Shown here: positions 11,261 to 22,669 of the stretch, piece by piece
How positions within the stretch are numbered: the stretch's first letter is position 1
Layout: each line of letters opens with the position of its first letter
NCBI GenBank assembly: GCA_030390025.1
Contig: CM059433.1
Span: 9,364,001 to 9,428,000 of the forward strand
Source of the DNA: Squalus acanthias
Lineage: Eukaryota
Length of the DNA: 64,000 bases
Direction: 5' to 3'
Made by a program: the position numbers and the translations under genes
The notes under the pieces: model-generated
Told to the model about the DNA's origin: nothing
The model's input: only the letters and a program-made list of their open reading frames with translations
The model's database searches: none

Positions 11261-12243
11261 GGGCAGAATTTTCATTGACCCATGGAGGCGGGTTTGGAGG
11301 CGTGTGGGGGATTAAAATTGCGAAAACTGGCGGGCGGGCACAAGCCCGCCTCCATCCCGCCTCCACACAATTTTCATTAAATCATGTCTGCTGGTCCCGA
11401 CTCCGTCCCGCCTCCAATGAAGGAGTGAGTGCAGAGAATCTATATCATTGATGGTTAGAAGGAAACAAATTCGGAGTGAGGTGGCAAGACCATGGGCCCT
11501 CCCTGTGTGTTGTAAGTTGTTTTCATAGCATCACAGCGATAGGGAGTGTGAGGGCTGCATAGTCGAATAGTTAGGTGAATGTGACCATACAGAGAGAGGG
11601 AATGGGTAAGGGTGCAGGGATGTCAGTGTCAAGTGGGATGTGGAGGAAGAGGTTGTCAAAGCTGAGTGCTGGTGAGGAGAGGCAATGGGGATCAGAATGA
11701 GGGTGATGGGAAATTCATACTCACTTTTCCAGTGCACAGCAAGTCATGAAACCTCTTCCTGCACTGAAGCCAGGTTCTGCGGGTTATGGACAACGAGTTG
11801 ACCTCCTCTGCCACCTGGATCCACACAGCCTTGGTTTGATGGGAAGGCTTCTTCCTCCCTGAAGAAGGGAAGAGCACCTCCTTATTAGCTCTGGCTCCCT
11901 CAATTAAAGCTTGCAGGGCGACGTCATCAAATCGAGATGCAGACCTAGGTCTCTGGCTGGCCATTCTTCCTGCAGGTGCCTCTAACATGCAAAGGCAGAA
12001 GCTTGGCAGTCTGCAGAGGAAGCAAGGCTTGTTGCAGACCTTAAATGCTGCAGCAATGATGACGTCATCGGAAGCGACTTTCAGACCGGAAAAATTCACT
12101 GGCCATGGGTTCCCACACGTTGGAACTCAATTGGCCAATTATGTTAAAATCGCATCAATCTCCCACATCAATTTAGATTCGGGTGGCTAACACGAAATGC
12201 GGATTACACGACCCTAGCCCGCCCCTGAATCAAAATCCAGCCC
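11261..12243 (-). mobile_element. Non-autonomous Harbinger (family C) retaining Myb/SANT exon 1
   Basis: TIRs GGGCAGAATTTTCAT / ATCAAAATCCAGCCC, TSD ACA; ORF MASQRPRSASRFDDVALQALIEG...WIQVAEEVN...RTWLQCRKRFHDL followed by GTGAGT. Confidence 0.88.
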
Positions 12244-12987
12244 ACAGTGTGTATATAGAGGATGAAAGTTCTGTATTTCTCTGTAGTTTAAGTGGATGTA
12301 ATTCTGATGGTGATTTTGGTGAGAATGAAGCAGGAAATGTAATTTGTATGTGTGTGTGTGTGTTGGGGGGGGAAGGAGAGACCGTGTCTCGCTGTGTCGG
12401 CCAGGCTGCACTGCAGCGTCTATTCACAGGCGCGATCCGACTGCTGACGGGCGCGGGGGGCTTTGACCTGGGCCGATTCCCTCCCCCCCACTCTTTACAG
12501 CGGCCCGGTGACCCCCAGACTCCTCCCGGGGCGGGGGAAGAGACCATACCGCCGCCCAGCTAAAGACCCAGGACACCCGCCCCGCTCGGCATAGACAGGA
12601 AGAAAAAAGTTGATCTTTTAGGATTGGTTATCTCTTTTTTTGTTATTAGTGCAATTCATTTGTTTTCATGGGAAAGCAATTTGCACGGGTAAGGCTCACA
12701 AAAATGAACCTTTCCGAGAGTATTCCTCTAAGGTGCCTGATGGTTGGGTACACAAGTTAATAATATGGTCACTGATGGGAGACCTTCTTACCATATCTCC
12801 AGAGACAAATTGACTGAAATAGCTTTGGTGTCCGTGTACTTCATCCATTTTATCAATGATCTGGAGCCTGGGTTCCTTTTTCTAACTACATTGTGAGACA
12901 AAGGTTGGCAGGGTTATATTGATAGTGTTTCCTTAACTGTTGATATCTCGTGATTCGATTTGTAAATTTATTTTTGCCTTGTCCAAG

Positions 12988-13149
12988 GTATGGAGAAAAT
13001 TAATTTGTCGGGAGGAGAACCTTTCCTACACAATCGTGGGGAGTTTCTCGGGAAGCTGGTACAGTACTGTAAACAGGAGCTGAAACTGCCCAGTGTCAGC
13101 GTTGTGAGCAATGGGAGTCGGATCACCGAGAAATGGTTTAAAGACTATG
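12988..13149 (+). pseudogene. RSAD2: Viperin / radical SAM domain-containing 2, exon 2 equivalent (162 bp)
   Basis: AG|GT ATG GAG...TAT G|GT; translates (G)[53 protein letters not shown], the viperin GGEP/SNGS segment. Gene identity is clear; functional status is uncertain. Confidence 0.9.
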
Positions 13150-13329
13150 GTAATTTGTTTACTGCCTGTACTCAGGTCTGGGAATGAGGGTGCACGTGTC
13201 TATATATTATATTCTGATTGCAGTTTACATTCTGACTAAATACTGCTGAAAGGAGTTACAATTAAACAAATTGGACCATTTACAACACGATAAAAATAAA
13301 GGTTAATGCAATATTGATGTGCTTTCACT

Positions 13330-14752
13330 AACCCAATATTTACGGGGAGATGGGGAGTTCCGGACGGGAAACTCAAAAGTACGGATTTCCCGGGCGTGCT
13401 GCTGAACCTAAATAGCAGGATGTATTTTTTATTTTTTCACCAGGTTTTCGTCCTGACAGCCAGCCTGATTGACAGTCATAACCTGCAGCACAAGCTCGAC
13501 ACCATCCAGGACAAAGCAGCCCGTTTGATTGGCACCCCATCCACCGCCTTAACATAGAAACATAGAAGATAGGAGCAGGAGTAGGCCATTCGGCCCCTCG
13601 AGCCTGTTCCGCCATTTAGATGAGATCATGGCTGATCATCCAAACTCAGTACCCTGTCCCTGCCTTCTCCCCATATCCCTTGATCCCTTTAGCCTTAAGA
13701 AATATATCTAACTCCTTCTTGAATATATTTAATGAATTGGCCTCAACTACCTAAACATTCACTCCCTCCACCATCGGCGCACCGTGGCTGCATCTACAAA
13801 ATGCACTGCAGCAACTCGCCAAGGCTTCTTCGGCAGCACCTCCCAAACCCGCGACCTCTTCCACCTAGAAGGACAAGGGCAGCAGGCGCATGGGAACACC
13901 ACCAGCTCCAAGTTCCCCTCCAAGTCACACACCATCCTGACTTGGAAGTATATCGGCCGATCCTTCATCGTCGCTGGGTCAAAATCCTGGAACTCCCTCC
14001 CTAACAGCACTGTGGGAGCACCTTCACCACACGGACTGCAGCGGTTCAAGAAGGCGGCTCACCACCACCTTCTCAAGGGACAATTAGGGATGGGCAATAA
14101 ATGCTGGCCTCGCCAACGACGCCCACATCCCATAAAACGAATAAGTTAAAAAAAAACAAGGCTGCAGCCAGGGGAGCACAGAGGAGGGAGGGGGAGATTG
14201 GGGGGGCCGTGGTCGGGGAGGGACGATCATGGTTGCAGGCGAGAGAGATCGAGGTTTGGGGGGGGGGGTTGAACGTAGAGGTGGGATGTCGGGGGTGATG
14301 GCGGGAGGGTTGGCGGGGTGATCGGGGGAGTCAGAGATCATCGCAGGGGGTCGGGAGGGAGATCATGGTGGGGACATTTGTGTGTGTGGGGGGGGGGGGT
14401 GGTGTCAGCCGATCGCAGGGGCAGGTTTACAGGTTTGCTTATTGGGCCTGGAGGAAACACTTCTGTAAATGCGCTTACCTCATGGATCCGGCCCTTCTCG
14501 CCCCCTTTTACCTGCCAGGTTTCCTGAGGCCCAGGGGAACCCATCAGAAATGGGTAAAAAAATAAAAAGCATTTTAAAATGGAGGCGCACAGCCTCCTTA
14601 AAAGATTTTACCGACCGACTTGCCTCCTGAGAGCGGATTGGTTGCCCAACCTGCCTCTGTTAAAACAGGAAGTGGGCGGGTTGAGATTTTAACATTGTTT
14701 ACTTCTCACCTGCACCCAACCCACCCATTCTTGGGGGTTAAAATGACCCCCC
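13330..14752. mobile_element. Degraded GC-rich MITE containing nested LINE fragments
   Basis: End GGGGTTAAAATGACCCC and interior 14500-14540 resemble 62085-62700 in reverse; interrupted by LINE sequence at about 13490-14145. Confidence 0.55.
13490..14145 (+). mobile_element. CR1-clade (Zenon-like) LINE 3' fragment with an antisense CR1 3' end nested at about 13551-13748
   Basis: Same family as 24110-25622; tail GGGCAATAAATGCTGGCC...CCCACATCCC; nested piece begins AACATAGAAACATAGAAGATAGGAGCAGG. Confidence 0.8.
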
Positions 14753-14884
14753 CGACCCCCCCAGGTCTCTGTACTTTCTATATATATTGTGTGTATATAA
14801 GGATAAAGTGTACTCTCCCAGTGGTCCAGTTGATAAATGTACTGCTTGGTATGGAAGTAAGCCACACAGAACCAGAACAAAGGA

Positions 14885-16475
14885 AAAATACTGCAGACGC
14901 TGGAAATCTGAAATAAAAGCTGAAAATGCTGGAAAAACACTCAGCAGGTCAGGCAGCAACTGTGGAGAGAGAAACAGAGTTATGGGGCTGAATTTTAATG
15001 GGGAAGGTGGGTTGGGGCCGGGGCTGGGGGGCTCCGAGGCTGTTGGGAAACCCAGGAGGATCGGTTTCCCGCAGGCCCAGCTGGATTTAACGGCAGGGCC
15101 TGATTGGAATGGAAGCCCCTGTTTCCCACCTGCACCCAGCCAGATCGAGAGGCTGGCTGGCTCCGGGCGGGTAGGCCCGCAGCCGCACAGAGGAGGGAGG
15201 GAGGGAGGGAGGGATCGTGTGGGAGCCGGGGGTGGGGGTGGGGGGGCGGGGGGGGCTGGCCGCAGCAGCAGCAGCAGCAGCAGGGGGGACCGGAGTCCTG
15301 GGGTGGGGGGAGGCCTCGTGGGTGGATCGGAGGACTGGGGGGAGGGTGGGGAAATCGGAGGCCGGGGGTGGGGGGAGGAGGCCTGAGGGGTGATTGGAGG
15401 CCTCGTGGGGGATCTCCGATCACGGGGGGTGGGTTAAGCAGGGACCCTGGATCCAGGCGTTAAGTGTAAAGACACTTATCTCCTGGATCCAGCAGTCCTC
15501 AACTTGCATTAGATGGCGGGTTTCACGAGGCCTGCAAAACCCGACCAGCTAAACTTAAAATCAAAATGGAGGTTAAAGCAGAGGCTTCCAGCCTCATTAT
15601 AATATTTAAATAGATGATCCACCTCCTGGCAGTGGATTGGCTGCCCGCCCCCATCCCGCCTCTATTATAACCGGAAGTGGGCGGGTTGGAGGCGGGTTGA
15701 GGTCAGGATTCAGATTTTTAACACTTTGGGCTGGATTTTGATACTGGGGCGGGTTGGGGTCGTGTTATCCACTTTTCGTGTTATCCACCCGACTGCAATT
15801 GGATGTGGGAGATTGATGCGATTTTCACCTAATTGGGCAATTGAGTTCCAGCATGTGGGAACCCATGAACCAATTAGTAGTTTCAGTCTGAAAGTCGCCT
15901 CTGATGATGTCATCATTGCTGCTGCATTGAAGGACTGCAAAGACTGCCTGGCCTTTGCTGTGAGAGGACCTGGATGCAAAATGAGCAGCAGCAGCCCTAA
16001 GTCTGCTCCCAGATATTTTTGCACCACCACTCCCAGATATGTCTCCCTTGCACCACCACTCCCAGATCGATCAGCCAGCCACTGATAGTCAACTATCCAA
16101 ATGTGCTCCTGCCAGGTTTCACATTCGTGGTTCAGAACAGGCGTGCTTCACGTAGAAAAAGGGTTAAAATCACAAAGGCCTTTCAAAATGGCATTATAGA
16201 GGCAATTTAGTGCTTGTTAAGGGCCTTAACAGCCTATCCCGCCTCTTAGAGGCGGGACGGAGTCGGGACCAGCAGACACGATTTCATGAAAATTGCGTGG
16301 AGGCGGGCTTGTGCCCGCCCGCCAGTTTTCGCAATTTTAACCCCCCACACGCCTCCAAACCCACCTCCACGGGTCAATGAAAATCCAGCCCTTTAACTTC
16401 CCACACGACCCCAGCCCACCCTTTTTTTTTACGTTAAGATTCCCCCCCATCAATGACCTTTCATCGGAACTGGAA
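14885..16475 (-). mobile_element. Penelope pLTR fragment split by a MITE (14984-16448) that itself contains a family C MITE (15728-16391)
   Basis: pLTR AAATACTGCAGACGCTGGAAATC...GAAACAGAGTTA resumes as GACCTTTCATCGGAACTGG after 16450; inner MITE has TIRs GGGCTGGATTTT / AAAATCCAGCCC and TSD TTT. Confidence 0.8.
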
Positions 16476-16895
16476 GTTGTTTGTGATAAACAGGGACAGA
16501 ACAAGAAGCTGGTCCCAGGATTGACCATCAGCCTGTGCTGGGGAGGTGTCAGCTGAGGGATGTCATTAACCTTAGTGCCTCTGGTCTAGGGAAGGAAAAA
16601 AAAAAAATCAGCCAGGGTTCCTGCTCCTTTTCACTAACCAGTGACTCTGTTAAATTGTCCACCAGCACTCAATCGCTAGGCTTTTGGGCGAGCTACACAG
16701 GGCAGCTGGCACGTGTAGAACCAAAACCCAGCAAGGTGCCAGTACCTTCAACTCTTGCCCGCCAGAGAAAACTGGTTGGGGTGGAATATTTGTTAAGCGT
16801 ATGCTAACATCATCGAAGGGCAGAATATCTTTCCTGAATCCATTTTTTCTCGACTAGGATTCCTTCAATCCATTACTGAACTGAAAACTGGAGCT

Positions 16896-17503
16896 GGGGA
16901 AAAAATTCAGTGTTGCCCCTTTTGGGGCGCTAACGTTGCCGGGGCGTTAATTTTAGTGCCCCGAAAAAATTAGCGCCCCCCTCCGCCTGAAATTCAGTTG
17001 TCGTGCCCCATGCAGGAGGCAGGGCGCTACTGAAGCGTTCACCTCCTGCTTGGGGCGCTACAACTGAATATCACGGCGCCACGTGCAGCAGCGCCACGTG
17101 CGTCGGCATGTAGCGCCGCGCCATCGCAGGCCTCCCTCCCCTGATTAAAGGGGAGGGGCCGAGCGCTGCGCACACCGGGGCCCTGCTGGACCACCGGGGA
17201 GCGGGGTGCCAGGGTAAACAGCGATCGCGGCCGGCACCCCGAAGAAAAAAGGGGAAGGGGGGCAGGTGCTGGCAGTCGGCTCCCAAAAAATGGCTGCCCA
17301 ACACCTGCCCTTTAAGTAGCGCTGCTGCCACTGCAAAAACGCCCCCCTGACCCTGTGGTAGGTCAGGGGGCGCAGCGCCGCGGGACACTACCGGCTACCA
17401 CCACCGCTAACCTCCCACTGAGTTCCGCGAGAGGCGTTAGCGGCGCCGCGCCCGGGCGCTAGGGGTGCCAACGAGAGGCGCAAATCAACCCAATTTTTCC
17501 CCC
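16896..17503. mobile_element. Harbinger-type MITE (family A, reverse orientation to 5706-6367)
   Basis: Ends GGGGAAAAAATTCAG and CCCAATTTTTCCCCC; GCGCC-rich interior. Confidence 0.8.
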
Positions 17504-17893
17504 AAAGTATCGTAATACTACATTTACCCATGACCCTCAATAAAAAATGTTCATTAATATCAGACCAAGTGCACTAATGTGCAATCTACCTCAATGATTC
17601 CCCACCAAGTGAGTTCCCAGTTTCACTGGGGCATGTGGAGAGGTGCCAAGCATCGATGAGGCACCTTGTCTGAGGGAAGGGAGGTAAAATCAAAGACCTG
17701 TCAACATCTCCAACCAGCTTGGTTACAGAGCACAATTTGTAGGGCCTTCCCCTCGGACAGCCTGTTTGTAACATGATACTAGATAGTTTTTTTCAGTTTT
17801 AATGCAGCAAGCAGAATCAACAATTGTTATTATCCAGCTTTTAAAACTATATTGCTGCAGCTCAATGCTTAATATGAAACATTCATGTTACAG

Positions 17894-18123
17894 GTAAGGA
17901 GCTGGACATTTTGACCATTACATGTGACAGTTTTGAAGAAGACACCAATCGTCTGATAGGCTGTGGACAGGGGAACAAAAATCACATTGAAGACCCCCTC
18001 AAAGTCAGACAGTGGTGCAAAGATTACAAAGTGGCTTTTAAAATCAACTCTGTCATCAACAGATTCAATGTTGAAGAGGACATGAATGAACAAAGCAGGA
18101 TTCTGAATCCAGTAAGGTGGAAG
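17894..18123 (+). pseudogene. RSAD2: Viperin / RSAD2 exon 3 equivalent (230 bp)
   Basis: CAG|GT AAG...TGG AAG|GTAATT; translates (G)[76 protein letters not shown]; joins exon 2 in phase 1. Confidence 0.92.
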
Positions 18124-18934
18124 GTAATTCAATTAATTCACATTTCTTGATGCTGTAAAATTTAAGAACATGAGGAGCAGAAGTCTAGTGTAACTGTGGG
18201 GGGGGGAATTGCTATTTTGGGTGAATGAGATTTGCCAGGTTTCTGCCCTTCTAAAGGTGGCCCCAACATCCTGAGTGAGAGGGGGCAGGCTCTTCTGCTC
18301 ATCGGAATATGTGGAAAAGCCGGTCTGAGCGCTTGTCTGACAGCATTCCTCGGCTTCCTTGGGAATTCCACCTTGCTCAACCTGATAGGCTCAGTGGAAC
18401 CTACACCTGCAAGGGGAAAGAAAATAACAGGGGAGGGGGCATTTCTTCGTGACAGAGGGGTGAGTGTTATCAAACTTGCCTCAGAATTGATGGGGAGGGG
18501 CAGCTACTTTACTTCTCCTCCCCACAGGAAGATGGGAATCAGCTGCTGCAATTTTATGCATGAGGTATTTGGAGACAACCAAAGTGCTGAATAGGAAGAA
18601 AGCTGATAGTCTGCACCTTAGCTCATACATTTTGCCCAGAGTATGTTGTGGATATGGGAGTGCTGGATTGCTCAATTGCTTGAGTGAGGAACTTGGGACC
18701 AGAAGATCCTGAGGTTGAATCCCGGCAAAATTAACTTCGCCTTTCATTCTTTAAAGGGGGATAAAATGAATACCGCACCATAGGATGTGGGAGGCAGCGT
18801 GAGTATATCGTATTTACCACACTGTCGCAGCTACTGCCTTCAGACACTTGGAGGGCAATTTTAATCTAACTCACCCATCAAAAAAACTGACAATATCTGG
18901 TGCAACAGTGGTTTTACACCCCGCTGGATTTTCA

Positions 18935-20058
18935 TAGAATCATAGAAGATAGGAGCAGGAGTAGGCCATTCGGCCCCTCTAGCCTGCTCCGCCATTCAAT
19001 GCGATCATGGCTGATCATCCAAATTCAGTACCCTGTCCCTGCTTTCTCCCCATATCCCTTGATCCCTTTAGCCTTAAGAAATATATCCAACTCCTTCTTG
19101 AATCTATATAATGAATTGGCCTCTACTGCCTTCTGTGGCAGTGAATTCCACAGGTTCACCACTCTCCGGGTGAAGAAATTCCTCCTCATTTCTGTCCTAA
19201 ATGGCTTACCCCTTATCCTTAGACTGTGACCCCTGGTTCTGGACTCCCCGACCATCGGGAACATCCTTCCTGCATCTAGTTTGTCCTGTCCTGTCCTGTC
19301 AGAATTTTATAAGTTTCAATGAGATCCCCTCTCATTCTTCTAAACTCCAGTGAGTATAAGCCCAATCGACCCAATCTCTCTTCATACGTCATTCCTGCCA
19401 TCCCAGGTATCAGCCTTGTGAATCTTCGCTGAACTCCTTCCATGGCAAGAACATCCTTCCTCAGATAAGGCGACCAAAACTGCACACAGTACTCAAGGTG
19501 TGGTCTCACCAAGGCCCTGTACAACTGCAGCAAGACATCCTTGTTCCTGTACTCAAACCCTCTCGCTATGAAGGCCAACATACCATTTGCCTTCTTAACC
19601 GCCTGCTGCACCTGCATGCTTACCTTCAGCGACTGGTGCACAAGGACACCCAGGTCTCATTGCACTTCCCCTTCTCCCAATCTATTGCCATTCAGATAAT
19701 AATCTGCCTTTCTGTTTTTGACATCAAAGTGGATAACCTCGCATTTATCCACGTTATATTGCATCTGCCACGCTTCTGCCCAATCACCCAACCTGTCCAA
19801 ATCATCCTGGAGTTTCTCGGCATCCTCCTCGCAGCACACACGCCCACCCAGTTTTGTGTCGTCTGCAAACTTGGAGATATTACATCTAGTTCCCTCGTCT
19901 AGATCATTAATGTATATTGTGAATAGCTGGGGTCCAAGGACCGATCCCTGCGGTACCCCACCAGTCACTGCCTGTCACTCGGAAAAAGACCCGTTTATTG
20001 CAACTCTTTGCTTTCTGTCTGCCAACCAGTTCTCTATCCAAGTCAATACCTTGCCCCC
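18935..20058 (-). mobile_element. CR1 LINE 3' part (RT region), inserted in a small MITE (about 18853-20168)
   Basis: GVPQGSVLGPQLFTIYINDLD, KFADDTKLG, LYRALVRPHLEYCVQFWSP; flanks GGGCAATTTTAATCTAAC..GTTTTACACCCCGC and GCGGGGTGTAAAAC..GTTAGGTTAAAATTAC are inverted. Confidence 0.92.
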
Positions 20059-20548
20059 AATTTTATTCTTCATTGAAGTCAACGGAGAGTAATATTGGGC
20101 GGGGTGTAAAACCAACGTTCCACCCGGTCCCATGGGTTTCCCGCCCGGTGTGTTAGGTTAAAATTACTTGATGTTGTCAGCAATAGAAAAGAAGATCCTC
20201 CCTATGTAACAAGTCTCTCACTCCCTCCTCCATATTGCCGTTCTGGTATCAGGAGGGCGGTCTAAATGTGCCCCTCTCCTCACATTTACGTCGAGCTGCA
20301 AAGTGGGCCCTGGTGGTTTGCACATGCTCTGCCTGACTCAGGAGCAAGCGGCATCATGGCACCACTGCGTATGTGTGTACGTGATGACATCATGATGTGT
20401 CATGATATCACTGACCAGATCTCGCTGTTGCCATCAGAACAGCGTGTTTATTGGTCCCAGGAAGACCCATTCAAAGACGGGTCTTCTCAGCTATTGGTTT
20501 GGGTTGCAACCGGCTACAAGAGAACAGTATAAAAGCAACTTAAGATAA

Positions 20549-20945
20549 GGGGGGAAAAATTGAGTTGCCTTGCGCCTCCCGTTAGCACCCCTGGGGGGCG
20601 CTAACAGGGCGCAAAGCCCCTAGCGCCTGGGCGCGGCGCCGCTAACGCCTCCCGCGATATTCAGCGGGAGGTTAGCGGTGGCGATAGCCGGTAGCGCCCC
20701 GTGGCGCTGCGCCTCTGGCGATGACGTCACCGCTGTGCCCAGCGCCCCGCTCGTACCCCGGCCGCAAACTTCAGTCGCGCCCCCTGACCTACTGCCGGAC
20801 GCTGTGTCCGACAGGGTCAGGGGGGCGTTTTTGCGGCCGCAGTGGCGCAAATTAAAGGGCAGGTTCCGGGCAGCCATTTTTTTTGGGCCGCCTGCCAGCA
20901 CCTGCCCCCTGTGGGGTGCCGGCTGCGATCGGTCAGCATGGCGCT
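20549..20945. mobile_element. Truncated family A MITE
   Basis: Starts GGGGGGAAAAATTGAGTTGC; colinear with 5706-6050. Confidence 0.75.
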
Positions 20946-21202
20946 CCTCTTCTTATGTTCTTATGTAAGAGAGCGTGCTATAATTAGTCCCAACAGCGAA
21001 AGGCTGAAACAAGATTTACTGAAGGGGTAGCTCAAAGGGCAGATGTCAGCTCTGTGTAAATGGGCATCTGGAGATGTAATTTACAGACAGTTGGCAACAT
21101 GACTGAAGTTTGCATTCGGGCACGAGGTGGGAATCTTTCTAAAGTGAGGAAAAAGCAGCCTATCCTAGTATTTTAATTAAAATCAACACCTCCGATCTCA
21201 TT

Positions 21203-21945
21203 ACGATAGCAAAATACTGCGGATGCTGGAAATCCGAAATAACAACAGAAAACGCTGGAAAAACTCAGCAGGCCAGGCAGCATCCCTGGAGAGAGAAACA
21301 GAGTTAACGTTTCAGGTCGAAGACCTTTCATCAGAACTGGGAAGAGCCGGAAATCAAATAGATTTAAGGCCAGGGTAAAGCTGGGAAAAGGGGGAGGGGA
21401 TAAAGGAACAAAGGGGGAGATGAAGAGACATTAAGAGATATGCAAGGCTAGAGGTGGTGTTAATGTGACAGATTAAGGCTGAATGAAGTGTGAAATCCAC
21501 CGGCAGAATGAAGGACAGCTGCCAGCTTCTAGGAGGAAAAAAAAGGTGGGGGGGGGACAAATAAAAGGGTGGAAAAAATAAAATATAAATGTGATTGGAG
21601 CTGAGGTTATGATCTAAAATTGTTGAACTCGATATTGAGTCCAGAGGGCTGTAGCGTGCCTAAACGAAAGATGAGGTGCTGTTCCTCGAGCTTATGCTGC
21701 GCTTCCGTGGAACAGTGTAATAGGCCGAGGACGGTGAGGTCAGAGTGGGAGTGAAGCGGTGAATTAAAGTGACAGGCCACCGGGAGCTCGGGGTCCCCCT
21801 TACGGACTGAACGGAGGTGTTCCGCAAAGCGGTCACCCAATCTGCGTTTGGTCTCCCCAATGTAGAGGAGACCGCATCGTGAGCAGCGAATACAGTCCAC
21901 GGATGCTGCCTGGCCTGCTGAGTTTTTCCAGCGTTTTCTGTTGTT
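21203..21945 (-). mobile_element. Penelope-like element 3' part: GIY-YIG endonuclease fragment with inverted pLTR
   Basis: ORF 21607..21900 CSRCGLLYIGETKRRLGDRFAEHLRSV...VACHFN...KLEEQHLIFRLGTLQPSGLN; 21897-21945 is an inverted copy of about 21240-21288; 15-bp direct repeat ACCTCCGATCTCATT (21188-21202, 21946-21960). Confidence 0.92.
21302..21338 (-). ncRNA. Minimal type I hammerhead ribozyme motif in Penelope pLTR
   Basis: On -: AGUU CUGAUGA A AGGUC-UUC-GACCU GAAA CG UU AACU, i.e. core boxes, helix II, helix I (AGUU/AACU) and palindromic ACGU in place of helix III. Confidence 0.75.
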
Positions 21946-22008
21946 ACCTCCGATCTCATTGCTGTCTGTGGGACCTTGCTATGTGCAAACTACACTTCAA
22001 AAACAATT

Positions 22009-22636
22009 CGATAGCAAAATACTGCGGATGCTGGAAAATTGAAACAACAACAGAAAACGCTGGAAAAACTCAGCAGGCCAGGCAACATCCGTGGAGAGAG
22101 AAACAGAGTTAATGTTTCAGGTCGAAACCCTTCGTCAGAACTGAGAAAAAAGCAGGAAATGAAACAGATAAAAAAGCAAGGGAGAGGCTGGGGGGAGGAA
22201 TAAAAGAACAAAAGGGGAGGTCTGTGATAAGTAGAGACATTAAGAGATGCTCAAGGCAAGACGAGATGGTAATAGGACAGGTTAAGAAACAAAAGGTGGC
22301 TCAGAAGTGTGAAATGTGAAATGCTGGCAGAATGAGAGACAGCTGCCGTGGGGGGAGAGAGAGAAAAAAAAGGGAAAAGGCACAAACCAAAAGGGTGGAT
22401 AAAATGTATATATATGTGGTAGGAGCCGAGGTTATGATCTGAAATTGTTGAACTCGATATTGAGTCCGGAAGGCTGTTCCTCGAGCTTACGCTGAGCTTC
22501 CGTGGAACAATGCATAAGCTCGAGGAACAGCACCTCATCTTCCGATTAGGCACTTTCCAGCCTGAAACGTTAACTCTGTTTCTCTCTCCACGGATGTTGC
22601 CTGGCCTGCTGAGTTTTTCCAGCGTTTTCTGTTTTT
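22009..22636 (-). mobile_element. Second Penelope-like 3' fragment with internal inversion
   Basis: Same pLTR as 21203; inversion junction near 22510; 14-bp direct repeat CTTCAAAAACAATT (21995-22008, 22637-22650); hammerhead-like motif at about 22107-22142. Confidence 0.88.
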
Positions 22637-22669
22637 CTTCAAAAACAATTAATTGGTTCACAAAGAAAG

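Noticed and set aside
12287..12338. Possible exon LSGCNSDGDFGENEAGN or viperin remnant
   Set aside because: Only weak splice signals and no convincing viperin similarity.
15726..16085. Recurrent ORF MGWILILGRVGVV... (also 51987, 57394) as a gene family
   Set aside because: Recurs only because it lies in copies of one MITE family; starts inside the TIR.
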